A stretch of 11,688 nt of DNA, taken from the IMG/VR virus record IMGVR_UViG_3300033149_005670, positions 1-11,688 of that record. One strand, given 5' to 3'. Under the pieces are notes generated by a model that saw nothing but the letters and a program-made list of their open reading frames with translations, made no database searches and was not told the DNA's origin. The stretch comes from a virus. The first letter of the stretch is position 1, and each line of letters opens with the position of its first letter. This document shows, in pieces, positions 5,028 through 11,688 of this stretch. Made by a program: the position numbers and the translations under genes.

Positions 5028-5675
5028 ATGTTTCAAAAACCTTATCAAACTCAGAATGTTCCTCTTATTAATTATAACTTTACAGATACAATTACAGGAG
5101 TTTCTTATAAAACATTCTATGCAGGAGATGCTTCAGGAACTAAATTTTTAATATCTTCTCCAACTGCTTCTTCATGGGGGGGAATAACTCAGGTAGGAAA
5201 CAGCATATATCAAGGTAGTTTAGTTTTAGCAGGAACTTATAACTTTGATACAACTTTTAATATTCCTCAAATAATAGAAGGGGATGCAGTAGCACAATTT
5301 ACATTAGGCCAGTATTGGGAAGGAAATGCAACAGGAACAAGAAGACAAGCAAGAATATCTTTGCAGAAAAATACAGTTGAATTAATAAGTGGAGCAACTA
5401 CTGCAACAGTAGCAGCTGATGGAAGTGCAGGTGATACTTTATCAGCACCAGAAGCGATTATATTACCAGTTCCAAAAACATCTTTCGCAATAGGAGATAC
5501 TTTAAGAATGGAAGTTAAGATATATGGTCAGGGTCAGGGAAGTCCAGGCCAAGATATAAAACCAGGAATAGGAACAGATCCAAATGGTGCAAAGGATGAA
5601 GGAACTAAGAAAGTTATAGAAGATACAGACTCAACAATATTTAAACTACACTTGCCATTTAGGGCAGATATATAA
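5028..5675 (+). CDS. Hypothetical beta-rich structural protein (215 aa)
   Basis: The ORF is coupled on both sides (a TAATG overlap with the portal gene) and has a Gly/Thr/Ser-rich composition. It contains a G7 tract at 5176..5182. Confidence 0.8.
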   Translation: MFQKPYQTQNVPLINYNFTDTITGVSYKTFYAGDASGTKFLISSPTASSWGGITQVGNSIYQGSLVLAGTYNFDTTFNIPQIIEGDAVAQFTLGQYWEGNATGTRRQARISLQKNTVELISGATTATVAADGSAGDTLSAPEAIILPVPKTSFAIGDTLRMEVKIYGQGQGSPGQDIKPGIGTDPNGAKDEGTKKVIEDTDSTIFKLHLPFRADI

Positions 5676-6742
5676 TGGCGAACTTTGACATAAGACAAAC
5701 AACAACAACAGGACTCAAAACAGGAGTTCCAAACTTCTCTATAGATGCAACTCAAGTGTCAGGAATACAAGATGCTCCGGAAACAAAGCAGACATTTGAA
5801 GAATTTAACAATAGATTTACTTACTATGACACAATTCCAGAACTAAAAAAAGCCATTCAAGTCTATGCAACATGGGTTTTAGGACAGGGTTATGATTCTC
5901 CTCAAAGTGTAATTTTAGATAATATAACAGGTAGTGGAGAGGACTCTTTTACATCTATTCTATGGAACTTGCTTGTTACAAAGAAGATTAATGGAGATGC
6001 TTTTGCTGAAATTGTGAGAAATGATAAAGGAACTTTGATTAATCTTAAACCTTTAAATCCTCAAAGGATGGCTGTAATCTTCAGCAAGAAAGGAGTTATA
6101 GATAGATATGAGTATCAGGGAAGAAAAGAACCATTTACACCTGATAAGATATTTCACTTAGTAAATGATAGAATAGCAGATTCTACTCATGGAGATTCTG
6201 TAATTGATGCTTTGAAATGGTTAATTGATGCAAGGCAGGAAGCTATGAGAGACTGGAGAAGAATATCGCATAGGAGCACAATAAGAGTGCTGATAGTTGA
6301 TGAGGATGATCCTGCTAAATTAACAACTTTGAAAACTCAGTATAAAGATGCAATTAAAAATGGAGAGGTTTTGATTCTGCCAGGGAAACCAGGCGAGAAG
6401 GCTTTTCAGGACTTGCAGCTTCCTCCTGTAGAGGCCTTCTTGGCCTGGATTAGATATTTAGAAAATGCATTTTATAAAGCAGTTGGAACTCCAAAGACCT
6501 TAGCAGGAGATGCAGAAGGTATTCCTGAATCAGGGGGAAAGATGGTAGTTCTTACTCATGAACCTACTTATGTAAGAGAAGTTAATGATTTAGAAAATGA
6601 TATTTGGAATCAGTTAGCTATTAGAATTACATTTAAGAGACAGGCTTCACTTAAAGAGAATGTTCGGGAACAAGAAGGAAAGAGTATAAATCAAACTCAG
6701 GCAGTTCAGCCAAGTGATACAAATATAAGAGATATTAAATAA
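5675..6742 (+). CDS. Portal protein (small, 355 aa)
   Basis: Its position near terL and its portal-family-like motifs support the call (NGDAFAEIVRN..G.LINLKPLNP, HGDSVIDAL, and a helical PPVEAFLAWIRYLENAFYKAVGTP segment). Confidence 0.8.
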   Translation: MANFDIRQTTTTGLKTGVPNFSIDATQVSGIQDAPETKQTFEEFNNRFTYYDTIPELKKAIQVYATWVLGQGYDSPQSVILDNITGSGEDSFTSILWNLLVTKKINGDAFAEIVRNDKGTLINLKPLNPQRMAVIFSKKGVIDRYEYQGRKEPFTPDKIFHLVNDRIADSTHGDSVIDALKWLIDARQEAMRDWRRISHRSTIRVLIVDEDDPAKLTTLKTQYKDAIKNGEVLILPGKPGEKAFQDLQLPPVEAFLAWIRYLENAFYKAVGTPKTLAGDAEGIPESGGKMVVLTHEPTYVREVNDLENDIWNQLAIRITFKRQASLKENVREQEGKSINQTQAVQPSDTNIRDIK

Positions 6743-6924
6743 TGACAACAAAAACAAAACAACCTAAAACAGACTGGAGAGTTTTATGCATAGGTATATT
6801 ATGCCTTACAGCTTTAGAGCTATTTGCATTAAACAAAGGTATTAATGGAGTTCTATTGACTACTATTGTAGGAATAATAGCTTTAGCAATAGGTGTATCA
6901 ATTAAAAACCCATTAGTAGAGTAA
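6742..6924 (+). CDS. Small membrane protein (60 aa, two predicted TM helices)
   Basis: It has a TAATG overlap with the portal stop and two hydrophobic stretches (VLCIGILCLTALELFAL, VLLTTIVGIIALAIGV). Confidence 0.6.
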   Translation: MTTKTKQPKTDWRVLCIGILCLTALELFALNKGINGVLLTTIVGIIALAIGVSIKNPLVE

Positions 6925-6925
6925 A

Positions 6926-7921
6926 ATGACAACTTATACAAGGATGAAAAAAGCAACTTCTTTTCAGGAAAAGGAGAGGCTCAGGAAAAAGCACGAGGAA
7001 GAACTGGCTAAAAAGAGAGAAGCAAAAGCTCAGAAACTTGCAGAAGCTCAGGAAATAGGCAGAACAGCTCCAAGTTTTTCTGAGAAGGAACTGGGCAAAG
7101 AGGGGTATAAACAAGCTAAACTTGCTGCACAAGCACAAGTTCTTAAATCACAAGCACAGGCTACAAGAGAAGCAGAAGAAGCAAGAAGAAAAGAAGCAAA
7201 GGCTTTTTTAGAAGAAAGAGGGTTTTTTGAAGAAGCAGCTCCTGAAAGAGTAAGTTTAGCTCCTGAGGAAAGATTAGGGGGACAAATTCCTGTTGCAGGT
7301 GGAATATTAGGAGCAAGAAAAAGTTTAGTTCCAGAGCAAGGCACAATATTAAATTTAGCTAAAGATAAAGGATGGATAAAAGGAGAAGTAAAAGGGGAAG
7401 GTATTTTAATAGAGACTCCTGAGACTTTAAGAGAACAGGCTTTAAATGAAATACAAAAGGAAGTTATTAAAGAAGGTTTATCAGCAGGAGAAAGATTTGG
7501 TTCTTTAGTTGAGGGGATTCCTGTTATAGGTTCTCTTGCCAGTAAATATGCAACAGGATTAATAGAAGATCCTAAAGGAAATATAGAAACTATTGTTTCT
7601 GAAATAGCATCAGAAAGAGAAAGAGCATCTGTTTTAGCTGAAAAGGTAGCTACAGGAAAAATAAGCCCTTATGTTTTCTATGAGGAAATAGATGTTATGG
7701 AAGAAAATATAGCTGCATTAGAGCAAAGAATAAAACTTTTAATAAATTCTTCTCCTGCTTTGAGAGTAAATGCTGATAAAGTTCATAGAATAGAAGAACA
7801 GATTTTAAGGGCAAAGGAAAGAATATATATGGCCAAACAACTTGCAGCAGGGGGTATGGTAGTAGAGCCCACTGACACAAGTATATATTTTGAATTGGAG
7901 AAATTAAAAAGTGAAAGCTAA
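6926..7921 (+). CDS. Coiled-coil, Ala/Glu/Lys-rich protein (331 aa); scaffold or internal virion protein candidate
   Basis: A long ORF with charged heptad-like segments that sits between the portal and capsid modules. Confidence 0.8.
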   Translation: MTTYTRMKKATSFQEKERLRKKHEEELAKKREAKAQKLAEAQEIGRTAPSFSEKELGKEGYKQAKLAAQAQVLKSQAQATREAEEARRKEAKAFLEERGFFEEAAPERVSLAPEERLGGQIPVAGGILGARKSLVPEQGTILNLAKDKGWIKGEVKGEGILIETPETLREQALNEIQKEVIKEGLSAGERFGSLVEGIPVIGSLASKYATGLIEDPKGNIETIVSEIASERERASVLAEKVATGKISPYVFYEEIDVMEENIAALEQRIKLLINSSPALRVNADKVHRIEEQILRAKERIYMAKQLAAGGMVVEPTDTSIYFELEKLKSES

Positions 7922-7981
7922 AGAGTTTCCTTGGTGGTTTTGGATATTAATAGTTATTGCATTACTTTCATAATAGAAACA

Positions 7982-7989
7982 TATTTAAA
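7982..7989 (+). promoter_or_regulatory. TATA-like box (tatttaaa), 21 nt upstream of ATG 8011
   Basis: Exact geometry match, with agaaaca upstream. Confidence 0.6.
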
Positions 7990-8010
7990 TCTATTTCTAT
8001 TTATTTTTGA

Positions 8011-8277
8011 ATGGAAGAAGAAACAGAAGCTAAGCAAACAAAAGAAGAAGAGAAGAAGTCTTTTTTGAAAGAGGTTAAGGAAGAGAGAATAGCTCTTGAA
8101 GCTATTAGAGATGCGAATAAGCAGATTGTAGAAGAGCTGAAAGAACTAAGAGCTAAAGAGATAATTTCAGGAGATACATCTGCAGGACAGCCTAAAGAAA
8201 AACCAAAAGAAGAAACTCCTGAGGAGTATTCTAATAAATTAATTTCAGGAAAAATTAAAAATCCTGAACTTGAATAA
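8011..8277 (+). CDS. Acidic coiled-coil protein (88 aa); scaffolding-protein candidate
   Basis: It has a leaderless ATG, a highly charged helical sequence, and the classical position upstream of the capsid genes. Confidence 0.7.
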   Translation: MEEETEAKQTKEEEKKSFLKEVKEERIALEAIRDANKQIVEELKELRAKEIISGDTSAGQPKEKPKEETPEEYSNKLISGKIKNPELE

Positions 8278-8715
8278 ATGCACCTGGATTTTATTGCAGA
8301 AGCTATAGAAGAAGAACTTAATGAGTTTGAAAAGTGGTGGTCTACAAGAGTTTATCCTTTGCCTGTAACTAAGCCAGATGGAACTATTGAATCAAAACCA
8401 ATTCAAATTGGACTTAGAGCCAGGAGATATTATAGTTTAATCTTTCCAAAAGAAGCTCTTGATGTTGTTTTAAATACATTAAATCCTGAGAATTGTGTTG
8501 TTTCGATGGTAGATGGAAAAGGAACTAAGAAATTTAGGACTATTTTAAAATTGATGAGGAAAATTCTAAAATTAAAACCCATACCTAAAGCTGACAAAGA
8601 CAAAGGATTTCTTCCTGTGAGGCCTTTTAAGAACACAAGAATAGTTGGTTTAGGTATTAGAGAAGATAAAAACATAGTTACAGAAAAAGATGGCTCAACA
8701 CATGAAGGTCTATAA
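8278..8715 (+). CDS. Hypothetical protein (145 aa)
   Basis: The ATG immediately follows the upstream TAA. No recognisable motifs. Confidence 0.7.
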   Translation: MHLDFIAEAIEEELNEFEKWWSTRVYPLPVTKPDGTIESKPIQIGLRARRYYSLIFPKEALDVVLNTLNPENCVVSMVDGKGTKKFRTILKLMRKILKLKPIPKADKDKGFLPVRPFKNTRIVGLGIREDKNIVTEKDGSTHEGL

Positions 8716-8727
8716 AGTTCAGAAAGA

Positions 8728-8735
8728 TTTAAATA
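8728..8735 (+). promoter_or_regulatory. TATA-like box (tttaaata), 21 nt upstream of ATG 8757
   Basis: Exact geometry match. The 21-nt spacer gtttattctttacaatatttt closely resembles the spacer upstream of ATG 10114. Confidence 0.6.
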
Positions 8736-8756
8736 GTTTATTCTTTACAATATTTT

Positions 8757-9155
8757 ATGGCAAATGAAGCAGTGCTGGTTGACAGAATAGCAGATCCTAT
8801 TAATTTTGGTTGTGCTGATATAGCTATGGAGAAGGGAACTATTGTTTGCTTGTCAGGAGCAAGAGATGTTAAACCTACTTCTGCAGATAATGATATAGTA
8901 ATAGGTATTACTGCAAGAGAAAAGATTGCAGGAGATGGAAGATTATCTGTGCCTGTATTTGTTCAGGGAGTTTTTAGATGTCATAGTGATAGCACAATAG
9001 GAATAGGAACTCCTGTTGTAATTAGTGGTGCTAATACAATTAAAGCCCTTACTACTCTTGATGATGAAAAAGGTTATGTTCTTGGAAGAGCATTAGAAGC
9101 AGCAGGTTCTGCTGCTGATGATATTGAAGTCTTATTGGGACATGGTGGTGCATAA
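8757..9155 (+). CDS. DUF2190-like head decoration / capsid-associated protein (132 aa)
   Basis: It lies directly upstream of the major capsid gene. It has the Gly-rich beta pattern typical of this family (KGTIVCLSG, VIGITA, VFVQGVF, IGIGTPVVISG, GYVLGRALE). Confidence 0.55.
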   Translation: MANEAVLVDRIADPINFGCADIAMEKGTIVCLSGARDVKPTSADNDIVIGITAREKIAGDGRLSVPVFVQGVFRCHSDSTIGIGTPVVISGANTIKALTTLDDEKGYVLGRALEAAGSAADDIEVLLGHGGA

Positions 9156-9232
9156 TGGAAGAAGAAAATAAACAACCTGAGGATTTTGTTGAGGAAGTTA
9201 ATAAAGAATCCGAAGAAAATAAAGAAGAATAA
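9155..9232 (+). CDS. Micro-ORF, 25 aa, strongly acidic (MEEENKQPEDFVEEVNKESEENKEE); not in the track
   Basis: TAATG overlaps at both ends (9153-9157 and 9230-9234) bridge the decoration and capsid genes exactly. Confidence 0.4.
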   Translation: MEEENKQPEDFVEEVNKESEENKEE

Positions 9233-10083
9233 TGGCAGATAGAGTAGAAATGGCTGAAATAAGAGGATTAGATGTAGACAAAGCTGTGAAAGGCTTTGCT
9301 TTAACAAACTATATCTTTAAGAATCATGTAACTGTTAGCTCTATGAGTGGAGATAGTGTTAGATGGTATCAGGAAACTGCTGATGATTTGACTGCTACTG
9401 CACCTTCTAAAGTTGCAGATATTGCACCTTTAGCTACATTTACAAACTTAGAGCCAAGTTGGACTCGTCAGACTTCTTATCCAAAGAAATATGGAGCAAG
9501 AGGATTTATTTCACTTGAAGATTTAAAGTCTGCTGATATTGATATTTTAGCAAGAACTCTTTTAAGACTTACAAGAGGAGTAATTAAGCAGGTTGATTCA
9601 AGAATTTATAATATTATTAAAGGTGTTACTCTAACAGGGGCAGCTTTAGGAACTGGATGGGATGACACAACTAATGGAAAACCTTTAGTAGATATTCTCT
9701 CAGGGCAACAGGCTATTGCTGAACATGATTATGATATATCTTCAGGAGAGATATGGATGACTCCTAAGAACCACAGAGACTTAAAACAATATTTAATAGA
9801 TACCAAAGGGACTTACTTTACTCAATATGCAAGTGAGAAACTTAAGACTGGTGTAGTTATGAATGTGTTGGGATGGGATGTTGTAGTTTCAAATAATGTA
9901 ACTGCTGATGAGGTATGGATGGGACTGCCTAAGGTTGCATGCACTTGGAAAACTTATACAGACACAACTGCTAATGTAACTGATAAGCCAGGATTAGGTA
10001 AAGAGATAGTTGTATGGGAAATGGGAGAAGCTATTTTAACAGACCCTTATGCAGGTTACCTTATAACTGATGTAGATACATAA
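9232..10083 (+). CDS. Major capsid protein, HK97 fold (283 aa)
   Basis: Its size and synteny (scaffold, decoration, then capsid) support the call. So does a spine-helix-like segment (SLEDLKSADIDILARTLLRLTRGVIKQVDSRIYNII) and a C-terminal beta-rich region. Confidence 0.8.
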   Translation: MADRVEMAEIRGLDVDKAVKGFALTNYIFKNHVTVSSMSGDSVRWYQETADDLTATAPSKVADIAPLATFTNLEPSWTRQTSYPKKYGARGFISLEDLKSADIDILARTLLRLTRGVIKQVDSRIYNIIKGVTLTGAALGTGWDDTTNGKPLVDILSGQQAIAEHDYDISSGEIWMTPKNHRDLKQYLIDTKGTYFTQYASEKLKTGVVMNVLGWDVVVSNNVTADEVWMGLPKVACTWKTYTDTTANVTDKPGLGKEIVVWEMGEAILTDPYAGYLITDVDT

Positions 10084-10084
10084 A

Positions 10085-10092
10085 TATAAAAA
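10085..10092 (+). promoter_or_regulatory. TATA-like box (tataaaaa), 21 nt upstream of ATG 10114
   Basis: Exact geometry match, with the spacer ctttatttctttgaatatttt. Confidence 0.55.
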
Positions 10093-10113
10093 CTTTATTT
10101 CTTTGAATATTTT

Positions 10114-10248
10114 ATGACAATAGGACCAGATACAAAAGGATGTATGGCTGTTGATAAGGATTATCCTTATGAAGAAGGTTTGACAGCTGAAACAACTAAA
10201 CAAACAGGAAACCCTAATTTAGAAGAAGAGGGTTCTAAATATTTATAA
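10114..10248 (+). CDS. Micro-ORF, 44 aa (MTIGPDTKGCMAVDKDYPYEEGLTAETTKQTGNPNLEEEGSKYL); not in the track
   Basis: It has a leaderless ATG by the promoter rule, and its stop TAA (10246-10248) overlaps the fibre ATG (10248). Confidence 0.45.
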   Translation: MTIGPDTKGCMAVDKDYPYEEGLTAETTKQTGNPNLEEEGSKYL

Positions 10249-11042
10249 TGGGTGGCGAAGGAAGTGGAAGAAGACCTGACCCAGTAAAAGCTTTAATAGC
10301 TCAAAGAGCTCCACAAATGCCTGTTGCTGGAAGTGATTATATTATTCCAAACTTATCAGGAGATTTATCAAAAGGAAAAGTTATAGATACTCCTGTTAAT
10401 CCTAAAGACCCTGTTAACAAAGAATATGTTGATGCTGCTGGCGGAGGGGATTCTCCGTGGAGCACATCAGGCTTAAATATTTATTATAATGATGGAAATG
10501 TAGGAATAGGAATAACGGAGCCAAGTGCGAAGTTGGAGGTGGTAGAAACTGGAGTAACTAAAGATAGTTGGAAACTTAGTAACCCTCATAAAGCAATTGG
10601 TATTCAAGGGGATGGTGGTGCTTATTTCTCTGGAAGAGATGTAACAAATGATATAGAATTTGCAATGGGGACATCAGTCGTTGGTCGTAGTTTTGCTGGG
10701 TCTCTTACTAATCACGGATTTGATTTGAGGACTAATAATACAATCAGAATGATCATAGACAACAACGGAGACGTCGGTATTGGGACTGATAGTCCTTCCG
10801 AAAAATTACATATTTCAAATGGCGTGGCTATATACGATAGCGATAGAAGTATAACAGACCTTCACCATTTGGTTGATAAAAAATATGTTGATGAAGCAGT
10901 AACAGCGTTGGGTGCAAGGTATTATATGCTTAATGCTGATTCTGGAGAGGCAGATTACAAAAATTGTTCAACCACTCCATCGGCTGGCGGAGAGCAAAAT
11001 GTAAGCAAAGCAGATTTAACCCAACTGGCGAATTTATGCTGA
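10248..11042 (+). CDS. Tail-fibre / receptor-binding-like protein, N-terminal reading frame (264 aa)
   Basis: It carries fibre-type motifs: NKEYVD and DKKYVD, plus two G(N/D)VGIG-x4-5-P-S-x-KL modules (GNVGIGITEPSAKLEV, GDVGIGTDSPSEKLHI). It ends at TGA 11040-11042, while homologous coding sequence continues in another frame. Confidence 0.8.
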   Translation: MGGEGSGRRPDPVKALIAQRAPQMPVAGSDYIIPNLSGDLSKGKVIDTPVNPKDPVNKEYVDAAGGGDSPWSTSGLNIYYNDGNVGIGITEPSAKLEVVETGVTKDSWKLSNPHKAIGIQGDGGAYFSGRDVTNDIEFAMGTSVVGRSFAGSLTNHGFDLRTNNTIRMIIDNNGDVGIGTDSPSEKLHISNGVAIYDSDRSITDLHHLVDKKYVDEAVTALGARYYMLNADSGEADYKNCSTTPSAGGEQNVSKADLTQLANLC

Positions 11043-11688
11043 AAAAACTGCGGGCACACAAACACTGAGATTATATTGGAAACTGGTTGAAAGAAAAAGT
11101 GATGATTCAGAAGTTGTTATCGGAACCTCAGTTGTTAGTAACAAGATAACAACTGGCAAAAATTCATATATTATTCCTTTAACTTTATCAGCAGACTACG
11201 ATATAGCGAGCGATAGTTATGTTGTTGGGAAGATTTATGCTGATGTATCTGGGAGCGGCTTAGCACCAAGCGTTACTTTATACTATGAAGGAGATTCTCA
11301 CTCTCATTGGGAAATCCCAGTTAACACAGAAATACTTAATAATTTTTATGTTAATGTAGATGGCGACACAATGACTGGTAATCTTACAATGCCCGCTGAG
11401 TCTTTTGTTGGTCCAAGTTCTACTGCTGGGATATATTTTAAAGACGGCGATGTCGGCATCGGGACAACTAACCCATCGGAGAAATTGGATGTAGATGGAA
11501 ACATTGCTGTTAGTGGGACAGTTGATGGAATAGATATTGCAACTGATGTGACAGCGAACACAAATGCAAGGCATACTCAAAACACTGATACTGCTCTTGG
11601 CTCTGGATGTGTTGCAGCAGACCATGGGACAGCTTCTACTGACCAAGTAATAAATGTATGTTATGGAACAGGAGACCCGCCAACTGCA
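11020..11688 (+). CDS. Tail-fibre-like protein, C-terminal reading frame (+1 relative to 10248..11042; no start codon; continues to 159 after circular closure)
   Basis: Frame 1 is open from 11020 to the window end, with no ATG, GTG or TTG until 11371. It encodes VDGDTMTGNLTM and a third GDVGIGTTNPSEKLDV module. Confidence 0.75.
11575..11688. repeat. Terminal overlap, copy 2 (identical to 1..114)
   Basis: Same comparison. The overlap may extend further but is cut by the window edge. Confidence 0.95.

Noticed and set aside
161-5675. The two structural ORFs (161..808 and 5028..5675) are both exactly 215 aa, suggesting paralogy
   Set aside because: I see no sequence similarity between them by eye, so the equal length looks coincidental.
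7911-7973. A GTG-initiated 20-aa hydrophobic micro-ORF (MKAKEFPWWFWILIVIALLS) in the 7922..8010 gap
   Set aside because: It is too short, has a non-ATG start and overlaps the end of 6926..7921. It has no promoter or coupling signature. It is possible but unsupported.
9375-9915. CTGATGA strings (about 9380 and 9905) resembling the hammerhead ribozyme core
   Set aside because: They lie inside the well-supported capsid ORF. I could not see the required flanking helices or GAAA element.
11040-11090. Stop-codon readthrough of TGA 11040 as an explanation for the split fibre gene
   Set aside because: Reading through in the same frame gives only 15 sense codons before another TGA at 11088-11090. 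The homologous coding sequence is in the +1 frame.
10248-11688. A diversity-generating retroelement acting on the repeated fibre modules
   Set aside because: The modules are strongly diverged at the DNA level, with no near-identical template/variable repeat pair. No reverse transcriptase is encoded.

Overview
The window appears to be one complete, circularly closed genome. Bases 1-114 are identical to bases 11575-11688, giving a unit length of 11,574 bp. It is an AT-rich, very compact virus-like element of the head-tail (HK97) lineage. Recognisable genes are a large terminase (3241-4674), a portal (5675-6742), scaffold-like coiled-coil proteins, a DUF2190-like decoration protein (8757-9155), an HK97-fold major capsid protein (9232-10083) and a modular tail-fibre-like gene that runs across the circular junction. 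Almost all genes are on the + strand and are chained by TAATG/ATGA stop-start overlaps. I see no polymerase, primase, Rep, integrase, small terminase or lysis gene. Seven AT-only TATA-like 8-mers each sit exactly 21 nt upstream of an ATG, or of a predicted non-coding start. This fits archaeal-type promoters with leaderless mRNAs, and it supports several micro-genes missing from the ORF track. The most unusual region is 2123-3187, which has no long ORF. It holds short iterated repeats, a minus-strand 51-aa zinc-ribbon micro-gene, a perfect 21-bp palindrome centred on a predicted transcription start, and a locally G+C-rich island. That island folds on paper into a gap-free four-way junction (2752-2823) followed by further hairpins. 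It is a candidate novel structured RNA, or an origin or packaging element, lying just upstream of the terminase gene. The fibre gene is frame-broken at 11020-11042. All product calls come from motif recognition by eye, since no database search was possible.
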